A DNA stretch of 54,265 bases, the filler included, from Sphacelaria rigidula (Eukaryota): NCBI GenBank assembly GCA_964200075.2. It is 4 parts of 4 records of this genome, joined end to end, with 100 filler letters (N's around TTAATTAATTAA, not from the genome) between each part and the next. Parts side by side here need not be neighbours in the genome. Positions count along the whole stretch, not along the records: positions 1 to 13,493 come from CAXNAA020002848.1; 3 more parts are not named here. One strand, given 5' to 3'. Positions 1 through 11,800 of this stretch are shown one piece after another; positions within the stretch are counted from its first letter, which is position 1, and every line of letters begins with the position of its first letter. The notes beneath the pieces were generated by a model. The model saw only the letters and a program-made list of their open reading frames with translations. It made no database searches and had not been told where the DNA came from. The translations under genes and the position numbers were made by a program.

Positions 1-1113
1 TACATGGTCCATCGTCAAACGCCAAAGGCAAGAAACGAAGGAGTTCGCCCCCCCCCTTTACAACCCCCCCCCCCCCCCCCCCGCCCCCGAGCACTGGAAA
101 ACCCCGGATGTCTCGGGACTGTGCACCTGTACAAGTGTTCCGAGGCGACTCTCGTCGTCTAAGGGTTAGACTCTACTGAATCGGGGTGTCGCGATTTCAG
201 AACGATTTTTCCGAGTTTTGCGAAATATCGATGGAAAGCCGAGGTCCCCCCGATTTTGAGCTAACGTGTGTACACTGATGTACAATGGTAGGGTATGAGG
301 CGTTTGTTCCTTTTACAACTGCAGCAGAAGACGTTTTCGTGACAGCGCAGGGCGTACCTGCCCGCGCGCCAGCTGCTCGAGCAGATTCGCGCGGTGCTGA
401 ACAAGCGGATATTAAGTGTTGACGCCGCACGATGGGTACATTTTATGCTGAACTGTGCTGCCGTACGTTTCATCACCAATCGTATCCTAGTCTGTTGTGT
501 TTGTGCTCGCAGGGTGATGTCTGCCACTGCTCTACTGAACGTTTTGCGCAAGCTGCTGCGGTCCGCTCTTCTCGCAACACCCACTGTGGTATCATGTATT
601 ACCACACGGGATCATCAGGTTGTGTGGCGACGGAGTGTCCTGCAGTAGTACGCGTAATACACTAGGGTACCACGGTACGAAACTTTACTCGAAGGAGTAT
701 CCACCGCCTGCCTGCTTTTCGGCTTCACGAGTACACAGTACCACACTTACTCATTCATGCTGAGAATGACCGTCGATATTCGGAACTATTTCACAAGTCT
801 GTGGAACAATATAACGGTGCACCGAATTTCGAGTTCGTATATATAAACACCACCGATTTTTCAAAAGTTGTGGTCTCCAGAAAATCGAGATTCGTTACCA
901 TTACAGTCGGTCTGAACACCGAAATTCGAACGTTTATGCTGTACGATGTCTATTTACGAAGGTTTTGTGCACTGCATGTCGGAAGCATTGATTGATCATC
1001 TTTTGTCGCATATACTGGGGGCATGTCAAACTCGAGATTGCCGGTATATGTCATAGCATTTTACAGATTAATATGTCGGGGGTTGGATCTGGAGTTTGTG
1101 ATATATCTGTTGA

Positions 1114-1209
1114 CCCTTGGACCGCGAGGGTAGTCCATCTGGGTCATGCATGGGTTTTCAAGTGAAATTTTAACGATTCAACACATGACCTACGCTCGCC
1201 GTTCAAGGC
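1114..1209. mobile_element. Degenerate ~96-bp piggyBac-type MITE (same family as 48984-49081)
   Basis: TTGA|CCCTTGGACCGCGAGGGTAGTC ... GATTCAACACATGACCTACGCTCGCCGTTCAAGGC|TTAA aligns by eye end to end with the copy at 48984-49081. Confidence 0.6.
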
Positions 1210-2005
1210 TTAATACCCAAGCCGAATGGCATGTTGTAGGGACCTCTTCGCTATGCTGTTTGATACGATGACAGTTACTAATGTGCTAATGATCGCACTT
1301 GCGCTGCTTTTTACAGAATGCATGGCCAGACATACGCCGTGATCACCCTATGCTCACCGCACAAGCGTATCTTCGTCTCGATTCAGCTGGCCTCCTCTCC
1401 CTGGCAAGATCGTTACAGCTTCGCCATTAGTGTTTGTGGTATTCGCGAGTAATGAATGCATAAATGACCTGGCGAACGGTAAGTCGGAGAAATCATGGAC
1501 GCTCCTCGCGGCACAAGTTGCTGCACATACGAAACGGACAGTCATTACTGGTTGTGATGACGATTACCATATATGTTGCATGGCAGATTCGGATATTTCG
1601 GAACCTGTCAGCTGTTGACCCTTTGATCGCGACGGTAGGTTACCTGCGGAATCGACATCACTTTCACTCGAAAAAACTGTTGGTGATCCAGATGGACTAC
1701 CCTCCTCGCGGTCTACGGGTTAAAACGCCGCAACTCTTGCTTAGATAAGAGTCTGCGGGATGATATCACACACGGCTAAAGCACTTTAGATATTCATCAC
1801 CTGCATGGGGTCAGAGACCCGACCTCCCTGTCTCCGCTTATTCCAGCCCAGCGGATATATAGTATGGGACAGCGGACACACCGCGTGAAGTAGGCATGCA
1901 ACGATACAGCTTCTTCGCGAATGGGAGGGAACACGAGGTCACCATGGGATGTTTCGCCATCGGCCGAGTAGTTACCGTTGTCTGCCCGAAGCCTATTGTT
2001 CTCGG

Positions 2006-3259
2006 TCACAGCGCGTCAGTGCAAGTAAGGACACAGTGTCCATGCCTGAAAAACGAACACCCGGAGGTCAACCCTTCACAAGCTGCAACATCTGCCTCGA
2101 GCAGCGATGAAAAGAAACCTGGCTCGATGGCCCATATCTTGCTCTGCTCGACAAATGATCGGTTTGGGAACCGTAAGCTTGTTCTTGAGCGTGCCTCCCG
2201 GGTCGCCGGAAGATCGTCTCCCGCGTGGCGAGGGGGTTGAGGGCCAACAGGTGAGAATATATTGAAAACGGTTCGTCTTGCCGTGAGCAGCGCTACAAGA
2301 GTTTCCCGTTGGCAGCACAATATCTGCGTGGTGCAGCAGGGGTAAACATTATGCTGTACCCATGACATGTCACGTTTCTGGAACATCGCATTTGTCTCAA
2401 ATTCCACGCTGAGAAAAACGATTGCGGACGATATCACTTAACGATCGAGGCTGTATGACGTGGGCACGACATGACCGAGTCCACTCGAGATCAGTAACTC
2501 TGGAGGATTGTCCTCCGAAAGAAGTTCTCCGCGTGTGGTGCCGAGCAATTGCTAACACAAGACCGCGATAGACTTGGGTTACCTCCCCAACCATTCATGC
2601 ATAAGAAGCCGTCGTTCATATCCTTTTGGCGTCAAACCAGGAGCGCCTTGGTTATGATGATGTAAGGCGGCGACTTCAAAACCCTACCAGACTGCGTCGG
2701 AGTTCTTTAAACACGTCGAAACATCGAGTGTCGTTATGCAATAAGGGGAGATGAGTGTTGCGCAGGTAAGGAGCAGGCGCCCACGTATGTTCCAATTTTG
2801 GGCGAAATAATGAGAACATTCAAACACAGACACGACGAGTACTCCGCATGCATCTTCATACCGGCCACATAAAATAACATAGGCAGCTAGTAGGGAGCGA
2901 CGTCTGATATTCTCGATCATCATGCGCACCATCTATCTATCCCACCTTCTTTTCCCTGCAGATGCAGAAACGTATGGGTAAAGGCGGGATATGGAGACGA
3001 AGTCTGAGGGAGAGCACCCGGCCATGCCTTTTAAAGTTCACGACCTACGTCACATGGAAGGGCTATGCAAACAATGGACACGACCAGCTGCGGAGGAACT
3101 ATCCAAGGCAAGATGTACCAAGATGTGTCTATTGAATATCAGGTCACAATCATCCAGCACTTTTCGGTTTCTTGTACGTATGTCATTGCTCGACGTCTGG
3201 GTCGGAGAAAGAAATCGGTATTCATGACGGATTGATACACGAGCGCGCGTGAATGACAT
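2006..3259 (-). pseudogene. Decayed long intronless reading frame, unidentified
   Basis: ORFs 3050-3259, 2684-2932 and 2006-2437 share one minus frame. I count about 7 internal stops over about 418 codons, with protein-like stretches (MHEWLGR*PKSIAVLC*QLLGTTRGELLSEDNPPELLISSGLGHVVP). No family recognised. Confidence 0.35.
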
Positions 3260-3305
3260 GATGCTACTGCATTATAGTTGTTGCCACGATCAGTGGTATC
3301 AATAA

Positions 3306-3910
3306 GGGTTCAGATCTACGCGTGAAGCCTTGACTGTCATGGAGGATCTCATTCTCTGGCATATCATACCTGGTTTCAAAAACCAGCCCCATAAGAGCGC
3401 CTCAACAAGGGGGTTTCGTAACCCAACACAAACGTAACTTGCTGTGCGCCAAAGAGTTACCGCAGGTGTATTAAACTAGCCCGTCAGCATCATAGCGGTC
3501 ATCAGTCGTGACACATATGTTGACGCGTACAGAAACGATAGGACACCGACTCGCTCACGCGGGGGCTGGTTTCAGAAACAAGGAACAAATGCACCATGTG
3601 TGCGGCAGTGTGAGCTCGGGTTCAGATTTTGGCACGAAGACTCGACTGTCATGGAGGATCTCATTCCTCGGCATGCCGTACCTGGTTCCAGAAACAAGCC
3701 CCATACAAGCGCCTCAAGGGGATTGTTTCGTAACACAAACACAAACCTAACCTGATGTGCGCCAAAGAGTTACCGCCGGTATATGAAACAGTCCTTGGGC
3801 ATCACAGCGGTCGTCAGTGGTGACACACATGTTGACGCGTACATAAACGATAGCACGCCGACTCACTTACACGGGGTCTGGTTTCAGCAACCATGAACAA
3901 GTGCACTATC
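3306..3910. repeat. Diverged tandem duplication, 312-bp period, 2 copies
   Basis: GACTGTCATGGAGGATCTCATTC occurs at 3332 and 3644. TGTGCGCCAAAGAGTTACCGC and ATGTTGACGCGTACA also recur in the same order. Confidence 0.9.
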
Positions 3911-6416
3911 ATCAAGGGGAGTGAAATTATACTCTCAGCGCAAGTGCGGGCGGTCACGCGCCAGTATAGTTTACTCGGCCCATGCCACAACGTGTGAACC
4001 ATTACGTCAAGCACCTTCCGCGACACATATACGTATATCGTCACCAGTGCCATTTATCGCACTTGTCTCGAGTATGTTATTCACTGGGTTACGAGACAGA
4101 CGCCACGTGTGTGCATCCTGTAGGGCGTACCGCCGTTGCAGCGCTTCCCCTGTCGTTGCACATGCGCAGAACTAAAGCACCTGGCTTACCAACCCAGTCA
4201 CGTGGCGCATCAAAGAACCATATATCACATGATTCCTTGTTGGATAGTCATGGCATCTCTGCATGGGACCCTTGGGTTATGGTATTGCTCTGCTTCACCA
4301 TCCCCTGCAGTCACCATATCTCGTGAGACGATGGGCGGTGAACGCGGCACTCTCATCTGACGCAATAGAGGTAGTGTCCCTCATGTACTCCTTGCGTGTC
4401 GCCGTCAGCTGCAAGAGCCGTGTGCATGGGCTCGGCGATTGAGTTTCTAATCCCGATTGTACAGCGGGCGTCCATGAGGATGGACATAGAGCCAACCTCA
4501 CACAACTGGAACTAGCGTTTTGTCGTGAAGGGACTCATCTTGGGCGGTAGCTGTGACCAAACAAAGAACCAAAACGGATGCGAATCCTGTTGCGTCAGTT
4601 CATGTATTGTATTGCATCGAGCAACCCCTGATCACACACATGTTATGTCGCCTTGTGGAGATGAGAGTGACGCCTTGGAGATGAGAGTGACCCGTCTAGG
4701 CTCGTGTGTCGGGTGAAAATTGTTCGCGCGCATACACGGAGATCGATCACCGTAATTTCCGGAGGGAAGATGACGAAGGTGGGGACGTCTTCAACTGGAA
4801 GGACATAGCATACCGCAAAGTCTGCAAGCATGGAATGGACGGGGCAAATTCTGTCTCGTCGGGAAGAGCTCAGAGCAGATTTGCAAAGATGAGTCCCCGC
4901 GACAGAAGCAAACCTCGCTTCGCGATAGGGTCATGGGGAGTGCATCATGTGTCGGTGTAAGGGCGCACCCGTACTCTTTCGACGCCCTCATCACCATTTG
5001 CATCCTCGTAAGTATACCTGAGTTCGAAAGCATCGTGGAAGTTCCGTCTCAGTGGTGCTCGCCGTCGCAGCGGTCGGACAAGTGACCAAACTCCTACCGC
5101 GATCAGAGTGATTAAATGTAGTGTGGACGGTGACAGAACAGCACTGCCCATAAGATGCGTTTCTCTAACACCGCAGATATTTTTTCCTGTCCAGTCTCCC
5201 AAGGGGCGAGCATACGATGAAATGTGCAGGATTCACAACTCAGGTCTTCGAACGAACGTCACTGTTGACCTCCACATGAGTGGATGATGTTACGAACCTT
5301 CTCAGTAATCGCTGCGGTCGTGGTTTTGGCAATCTATATGTTGTACACAGTATCTGGTTTCCGTAACCAAGGCTGTGGAGAGCGTACCGTCTGAGTGCGC
5401 CCCCACAACTGTTCATTTGTGTAACTAAAGTACCTCTGGTCGCAAACGGCCATGAACGTAACTCTCGCAAGCGCTTTCCGTCGGCATCCCGCAAAATGCA
5501 TCGCCGTTTTCAGGCGAAGATTCAGGCTGTTCTACGGGATATTCAAGTGAACACCTGTCATACGGTTATCCCCAACATTGAAGCTGAGGTGTGGGAGGCG
5601 CTGTTCCGACATGCGTGAGGATGGTAACGACAGCGATGGCAGGAAGAGGCGCAAACGTCCGGTCGCCCGCAACCTTGACGCCAACGACCGCATCCGGAAG
5701 GGTGGGTGCGACTTTGCGACGGCGTATGTTTTCGCCCCGCAGTGGACCATGCCGCAGAAGAGGATGGGTGCATCGAAGCCATCCTCTTCTCAGTTCAACG
5801 GCAATCTGTCGAAACGGTACATCTATTTGGCCGGAGGTAGGGATAGACCCATACTCCGATTGGTTCGGGAACGAAATAACATGCTCCCGAAGACCGCTGC
5901 TGATGCGACGAAGTGGCGGAGCACGAAAGCAGCGTCGGAGACAGGGCGTAAGGCTCGGGGCGGGTGTGGGCGGCGTTCTCAGTAGAAACTAATGCCGCAG
6001 AAGTAAGTACTGTGAAAGCGTATCCTAACTCCATGTGTCCTGGGACAGCAGCGGGAGTTTTTTTCTCCGGGGAAGGGGGATTGTTTGAAACCCTTACGCC
6101 ACAGGACATGCCGTCTGGTCGTATCACCTCCCCTTTATTATTGTGGCTGTCATGGAAATCTAAGACATACAAAGCAAGGCTGCCGTGTTCTTCCACTTGG
6201 TCTGAAACAGTCTCCGTGTTGTTATTTTTCTCATATACATGGGGTGAGCACCAGTGGTCGCCCTTCCCCATCATTTGTGTCCTGATTTTATTGTCCCTCC
6301 GCATCATTTTTGTCCCGATTATTGTACTGTAGATACGTGGAGCTATGCATGGCTTAACAGAGAGATATTCAGAGCTTAGCATACCTTGAGCACGCACGGC
6401 GTCTTCTGTTGTGAAC

Positions 6417-7290
6417 ACACTTTCTACGATAGCCCCCCCCCCCCCAAACAAAACTAGCCCAAAACATTCACGAGGAAAGTGGTCGTACAACCTTCGATGT
6501 TTGGTTTCAGGCTGCATTAAGCGCCTTAAATAAGCGACATTGACGAAAACAAACCCAAGCGCGGGAATTCCCAGCTGCTTGTTGTGCCCGTTTTTTTATT
6601 TTGATTAACCTGTAGATTTTCCCTCCCCGAACGAGCCACTGTGTTTGGGGGGGGGCTTTCGTAGAAAGCTGAGGTTTTTCTATGAAAATGCTTTAGCGAT
6701 ACTTTTCCGTCGCAATATTGTTGTCGTGAATAAAGCAGCTAAGCTGAAATGAAGGACAATGTTGTCGTTCTTGCCTCGGTCTCCAACATGTCTTTCGTGA
6801 AGGAGGGGGGGATTTGGCGGGATCACACTGACCCCGAGTCCAACATCGCCCGTCTGACAAATCACCAGCCTTTTGGACTGGTCGGCATCATGCAACAACC
6901 TACGAAAAGCCGAGCGCACTGAATAGATGGGAAGTCCCACGCTTGGTATCGTTTTCGCCAGTGTCGCCCACATGAGACCCGTCTCGCTGTGGAAAATCAG
7001 CGATCATGCCCACGTGAGGCGGGTCATGCACTGAGAAACCAGCTCTGACGCCGTATATAGCCAATTATCTCCGATGCACGTTTTGGGCTGTTTTGGGGGG
7101 GGGAGGGGTGGGGGCATCGTAGAAGGTGTCGGTTGAGGACGCGTGTTGCAATCCCAAACCAGCTCTCACGCCCACATGTTGCGGACTCCAGTGCTTCGTG
7201 CAATCCTAAACCAGCTCTGACGCACAACGTGGGCGATTCTTTGATGCACGTTTTGGCCTGATTTGCGGGGGGGGCTATCGTAGAAAGTGT
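6417..7290. mobile_element. Non-autonomous TIR element / composite MITE
   Basis: Perfect 24-bp inverted repeat ACACTTTCTACGATAGCCCCCCCC (6417) / GGGGGGGGCTATCGTAGAAAGTGT (7267-7290). Extra right-end-like copies lie at ~6647-6671 and ~7110-7132. No TSD and no transposase. Confidence 0.75.
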
Positions 7291-7449
7291 CGGGGATGGT
7301 ATCTGCGGGTCTAGAAAAGCTGGTGCCTCGGAAGGTCACTCCATGATAAATGATATGTTGTGAAGGCTGCAACTGAAACTGAGGCCAGTGAGACTGGGGA
7401 GTCCCTCAGCAGCAGTGATCCACCAGCCCCTCTTCTGGCTGGCGTCACT
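7291..7449 (+). repeat. 5' LTR (5'-truncated)
   Basis: Matches 12909-13067. By eye there are 8 substitutions and 2 one-base indels over ~155 bp. It ends CGTCACT and lacks the first ~100 bp of the LTR. Confidence 0.9.
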
Positions 7450-7748
7450 ATATCGATATTAGTGCTAGTGTTGGTGCTAAAAACCTACTGGAAAGGGTTT
7501 TGGCGGAGTGAGCCTGACAGCTGGGGACAACCTGAAGTATCAAGTACGCGTGAAGGGGGTTCAAGCTGGTGGCAGCTGCAGAAAGGCGGCTGACCTCAAA
7601 TTTATCCAGACTGGAGACTTGCTGAAGCCGCGTGCAGTGGGAGTTTGAAGGCTCCTATGGCTGTGTGGTGCGGCGACGAAGCAACGAAAGTGTGCAATTC
7701 GCGAAAGTCCGCTGGCCTGTGAAAGTTCGCAGGTGGCCGGTTGCAGCA

Positions 7749-8866
7749 ATGGCGACCGGTTCGCGAAATACGTCCAGGGTGACGCCCGTGGTCAAGCGGG
7801 AAGAGTTGCGACCTCCCCAATATGGGGATAGGTACTCAGAGAGCGCATCTCGCACTTTTTTCACGAGTTATTTGGAATACAAGAGAAGCGTGTAGAGCAC
7901 GCTAATGCAAGGGGTGCTGTGCGGCATCAGGTGGTGTCAATGGCCCAACAAGTGCCAACTCATGTGCAGAGAGTGTTTGCTCGTCTGGAACAGAACGAGA
8001 GCACGATCACCCCGGCGGGCGCCGAGGTAGAGCTGACCCAAGCGTCCGCGGCCGTGGCGGAAGCTTTCGCCATGGATTCTTGGGGAAAGACGATGTTGGA
8101 GCGGGTGGGGCCCATCCTGTCAAATTTGGAGAAGTACTTCACGGGAAATCCGAACGTGGAACTAGTACATCGTTCCCTCGATGGTGAGTTCATTCCCGGC
8201 CCGACTGCTATAATCACTACGGCTTTGGTGGACGGGTTGACACCGGAAACTTTCAAGCAAGAAATGCTTGTAAAGTTGCAACACCTAACAGACTGGAAGG
8301 CCGACCCGCACCTGGTGATGGACACCGTCGTGGCCGAGGCCAAGGAGCGGCGGAAAACAGAGGTGTTCGGCCAGTCGTCCACCTCCTCGCCGAAATTGTT
8401 GCGCAATCATGGCTCGAAATCGGCCGGTCGCGCCGCGAGTATTACTTGCCACCGCTGTGGCCAGGTCGGCCATTACGCGCGCGATTACCCAACGTTTTCT
8501 GGTGGAGAGTCTGGGCTGTCTCATGCCGCGCGCCATCAGCATCGTCAGCACAAGGGCAAAAGACGAGGTAATCGGGGTGGTGACAGCGGTGTATCCTCCG
8601 GCGATGGAGGATCGCAATCGAGTCCTCAGCGGCAGCAGTAGCAGCAGCAACAGCAGCAGCAACAGCAGCGGCGTCAGCATGTGTCTGGTTCTGGGTCCGA
8701 CGCCGCCGTAGGTGCTGCTGCTCCGCAACGGGCGTTGCAGGTGGGACCGACTTCTACAGTGTCGAACACTGCGCCGGCGCCGGTGGTGGCGCCGGCGGCG
8801 ACACCGGCAGCAGCGCCAGGCGCGACGCCTGTTGATGCGCTGGTCGGAGGTTCGCCAACTTCTTGA
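7749..8866 (+). pseudogene. gag: gag (disrupted)
   Basis: MATGSRNTSRVTPVVKREEL... is interrupted by a stop/frameshift near 7895. It contains a degenerate zinc knuckle CHRCGQVGHYARDY (CX2CX4HX4C with the last C changed to Y), followed by Gln/Ala/Pro-rich linker. Confidence 0.8.
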
Positions 8867-8896
8867 TCTGCTGGCTAGGGGTCATACCCGCCGGCG

Positions 8897-11800
8897 GTGC
8901 CGTTTGAACCTGCCGGGGCGTCTTCGCCTGCGCAACTTGCGCAGCCGTGGCGTCGAGTGGAATTAGCAGCGCATCGGCCGGCGGACGAAGTGCCGGTGGA
9001 GTTTGCGGATAGATACATTCCTGCGGAGTTGTGTCTTCCGAATCAACGGCAGCGTGGAGCCATTGTGGTTTGGTCTGTGTTGAATTCTGGAGCCCCTTTC
9101 GGTAGCCTGCCGGTGCAGATGGTGGAGATGCTGGAGCGTCTTCTCCCGGGTGTGCCGCTGCGCATCCCGTTTTCGCTCGGGGCGCGGCGGGCAATCACCG
9201 CGTTGGGTCAGCATGTTGCCGTCACGGAGCATACTGTTCCGTTGTAGCTGGCTTTCAAGACAGCTCGGGGGCTGGCGCCGTTGCCTCCGATCTCGTTTGC
9301 GATTATGCCGGGGTCGGATGACGTTGTTCTTGGGGTTGCGGACGCTTCAGGATCTAGGAGTCGACCCCTATGAGCGGTTGAAGGACTCTATCAAGACGCG
9401 GATATCTCCGCCTGGTCCGCACGTGGAGACGCCCACCTTTTTGGGCAGTCTTCGCGTGAGCTTGTCGGTGGGTTCTTTTCAGGGGGCTGGGGGGCAGGTG
9501 ACCGAGGGGCGGGATGCGGTGGTGGAACGCTCAGTAGAGCGCGGCCTGGACATGTTCATGGACCCGACGGAAGAGGAGTCTGCTCAGAAGGACGCGCTGG
9601 AGGAGAGCGTGACGGATGCTGTGGCAAAAGGCCTCAGCGTCCCCAAAGCGGGACGCCTGCGCGGCATCTTGCATCGCCGCGTTGACGCGTTTCGTCGTGC
9701 GCTGTGGGGTGATCCCCCTACGCGCGTGGAGCCCATGCGTGTTCAGCTGAAACCTGGGGCATCCGCAGTGAAGGCGAAGCTGGGGCGGTACGATCCGGTG
9801 AAGTCGAGCTGGTTGGCGTCGTGCATGGCAGCTCTTTTGGCGCTTGGGTTGGTAGTCCGGAACCTGCAGGCGGTATGGTCCAGTCCGGTATTGGTGATTC
9901 CCAAGAAAGACTCGTTTTGCCTGGTAAGCGACTACAAGGCCGTAAATGATCAGGTTGAGAAGTCGCCGGGTGTGATGCCCAATCGAGAGTCGGATATGCG
10001 TGATCTCTTGAGCGCTTGGTTTTTTGGCAAGTCAGATCTCCTTCAAGGTTATTGGCAGATGCCGTTGGCGTAGGAGGCGCAGGAGATGTTCACGATCACG
10101 GCTCCGTTAGGCTTGTTTACCCCGAAGCGAGTGCCTCAAGGCGTGTTGGCTGCCACGGCACAATTTCAAGGCATCATGACAGAACCGCTTGTCGTCTTGA
10201 AATGCAAGATATGGGTGGTTGATGTGCTTTTTTCCGCGGACACAGAAGATGAACTTTAGACACGCTTGATGCTATCTTGGCTTATTTAGAGAGTGTTGAT
10301 TTGTTTGCGGCGGCGCACAAATGCAATTCCTTCGCTAGTGAACTCGTGTTGTGTGGGAAAGTGTACTCACACGGACGCGTATCTCATGACCCTGTCGGAT
10401 TGCAAGGCTTGTTTGACATGCGGCACCCAGAGACGGCCGCAGAACCCATGCAATTCCTGCAGGCCGCGATTTGGTTGCGTATCTCGTTGCCGCGTATGGC
10501 AGAAACCGTAGCTCCCTTACGTTTTTTCCCCGAAGAACTCATGGCGGGTGCTGCGAGGCGGATGAAGCGGGTTGCAAAAAACCGCGCTATCAGGCGCCTG
10601 CGTCGTGGACGGAGGGCAGATTGCAGGCGTAGGCGGCAGCGAAGGATTTGGTAGCTCACGCCGTGACGCTGCTCCATCCTCGTCCTGATCGCCAGGTGCT
10701 CATGTTTCCGGATGAACCTGAGTGCCATCGGGGTAGTATCGTTACGCAGGTGCCTCAAGCTGGCATGCAAAGGCGCCTGCCGGTTGAGGATATGATGCAT
10801 GAACCACTGGCTTTTTCCTCAGTGGTAATTTCAAGGGTTCGCAGTTGCGATGGGCCACAATGAATAAGGAAGATTTTGCTATCGTAAAGACTTTTTGTCG
10901 TTTGGAGCATTATTCGTGGGATGACGTGCACATTTTCACGGATCACCGAAATCTCGTGTATATCTCCAACCGGAAATCGTGCGTTACGTCCGTGTCCAAG
11001 GCATTGGCACAACGTTTGGAGGGTTGGAAATCTGTTTTTGGCCACAATCGTTACTCAACTTGCCATATTTCGGGTGACCGTAACGCGTGGGGTGACTTGC
11101 TTTCGCGGTGGGTGAATACTCCGGCTCTGCCTGTGCGCGCTGTGGCTGTGAATGGTCCGTGTGAACCTGATAACTTTATTCCGTCCAAATCTGTTGTCCG
11201 CCAAGGGCAACGAAAAACCTTAGGGCCAAAGATGCGGATGTGCAATCTTTCGAGTCCGACGCTGGTACTGCTATCTTGGACAATGAAGATCTGTTTCATG
11301 TGCATGTGCTTGGCCGAAACGTTTTGTGGTTTCCGAGTTCTGACGAGCAGTTTCAGGTACGTCTGATGATTTGCGCGCACATGCGCGACGCCGGGCATCG
11401 TGGTGTGGCTGCGACGCCCGTGCGCTTGCAAGAGTTTTGTGTCTGGCAGGGGATAGAAACTCATGTGCGCGAATTTGTCCACCAGTGTCTTCACTGTGCT
11501 GACTCGACTGCGGGCGATGTTGTTCCCCGTCCGCTCGGCGAAACGGTCCACGGGACCACGCTGACTGAAGCCGTTCATTTTGACTTTTTGTGCGTGGGCG
11601 AGAGTGGCCCGCTAACTTCCCGAGGTTTGTCGGAGGGTGCTGGGTTTCGATACTTTTTGGTAATCATGGATGATTTGAGCAGCTTTGTGGTTTTGGAACC
11701 AGTAGTAGTGTGTACTGCTAAATCGATCGCTGCATCTTTGCTGATTTGGTGCAAAACTTTGGGGGTGCCGCGTGTGTGGGTGAGTGATACCGCCACGAAT

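Noticed and set aside
4730..4800. HNH-like EIDHRNFRR in ORF 4706-4960
   Set aside because: The downstream N and H/N residues of the HNH motif are absent, so this is likely chance.
6100..6200. TET/JBP or 2OG-Fe dioxygenase in ORF 5795-6517
   Set aside because: No HxD motif or distal H/R signature. The ORF's first ~33 codons come from the TIR element.
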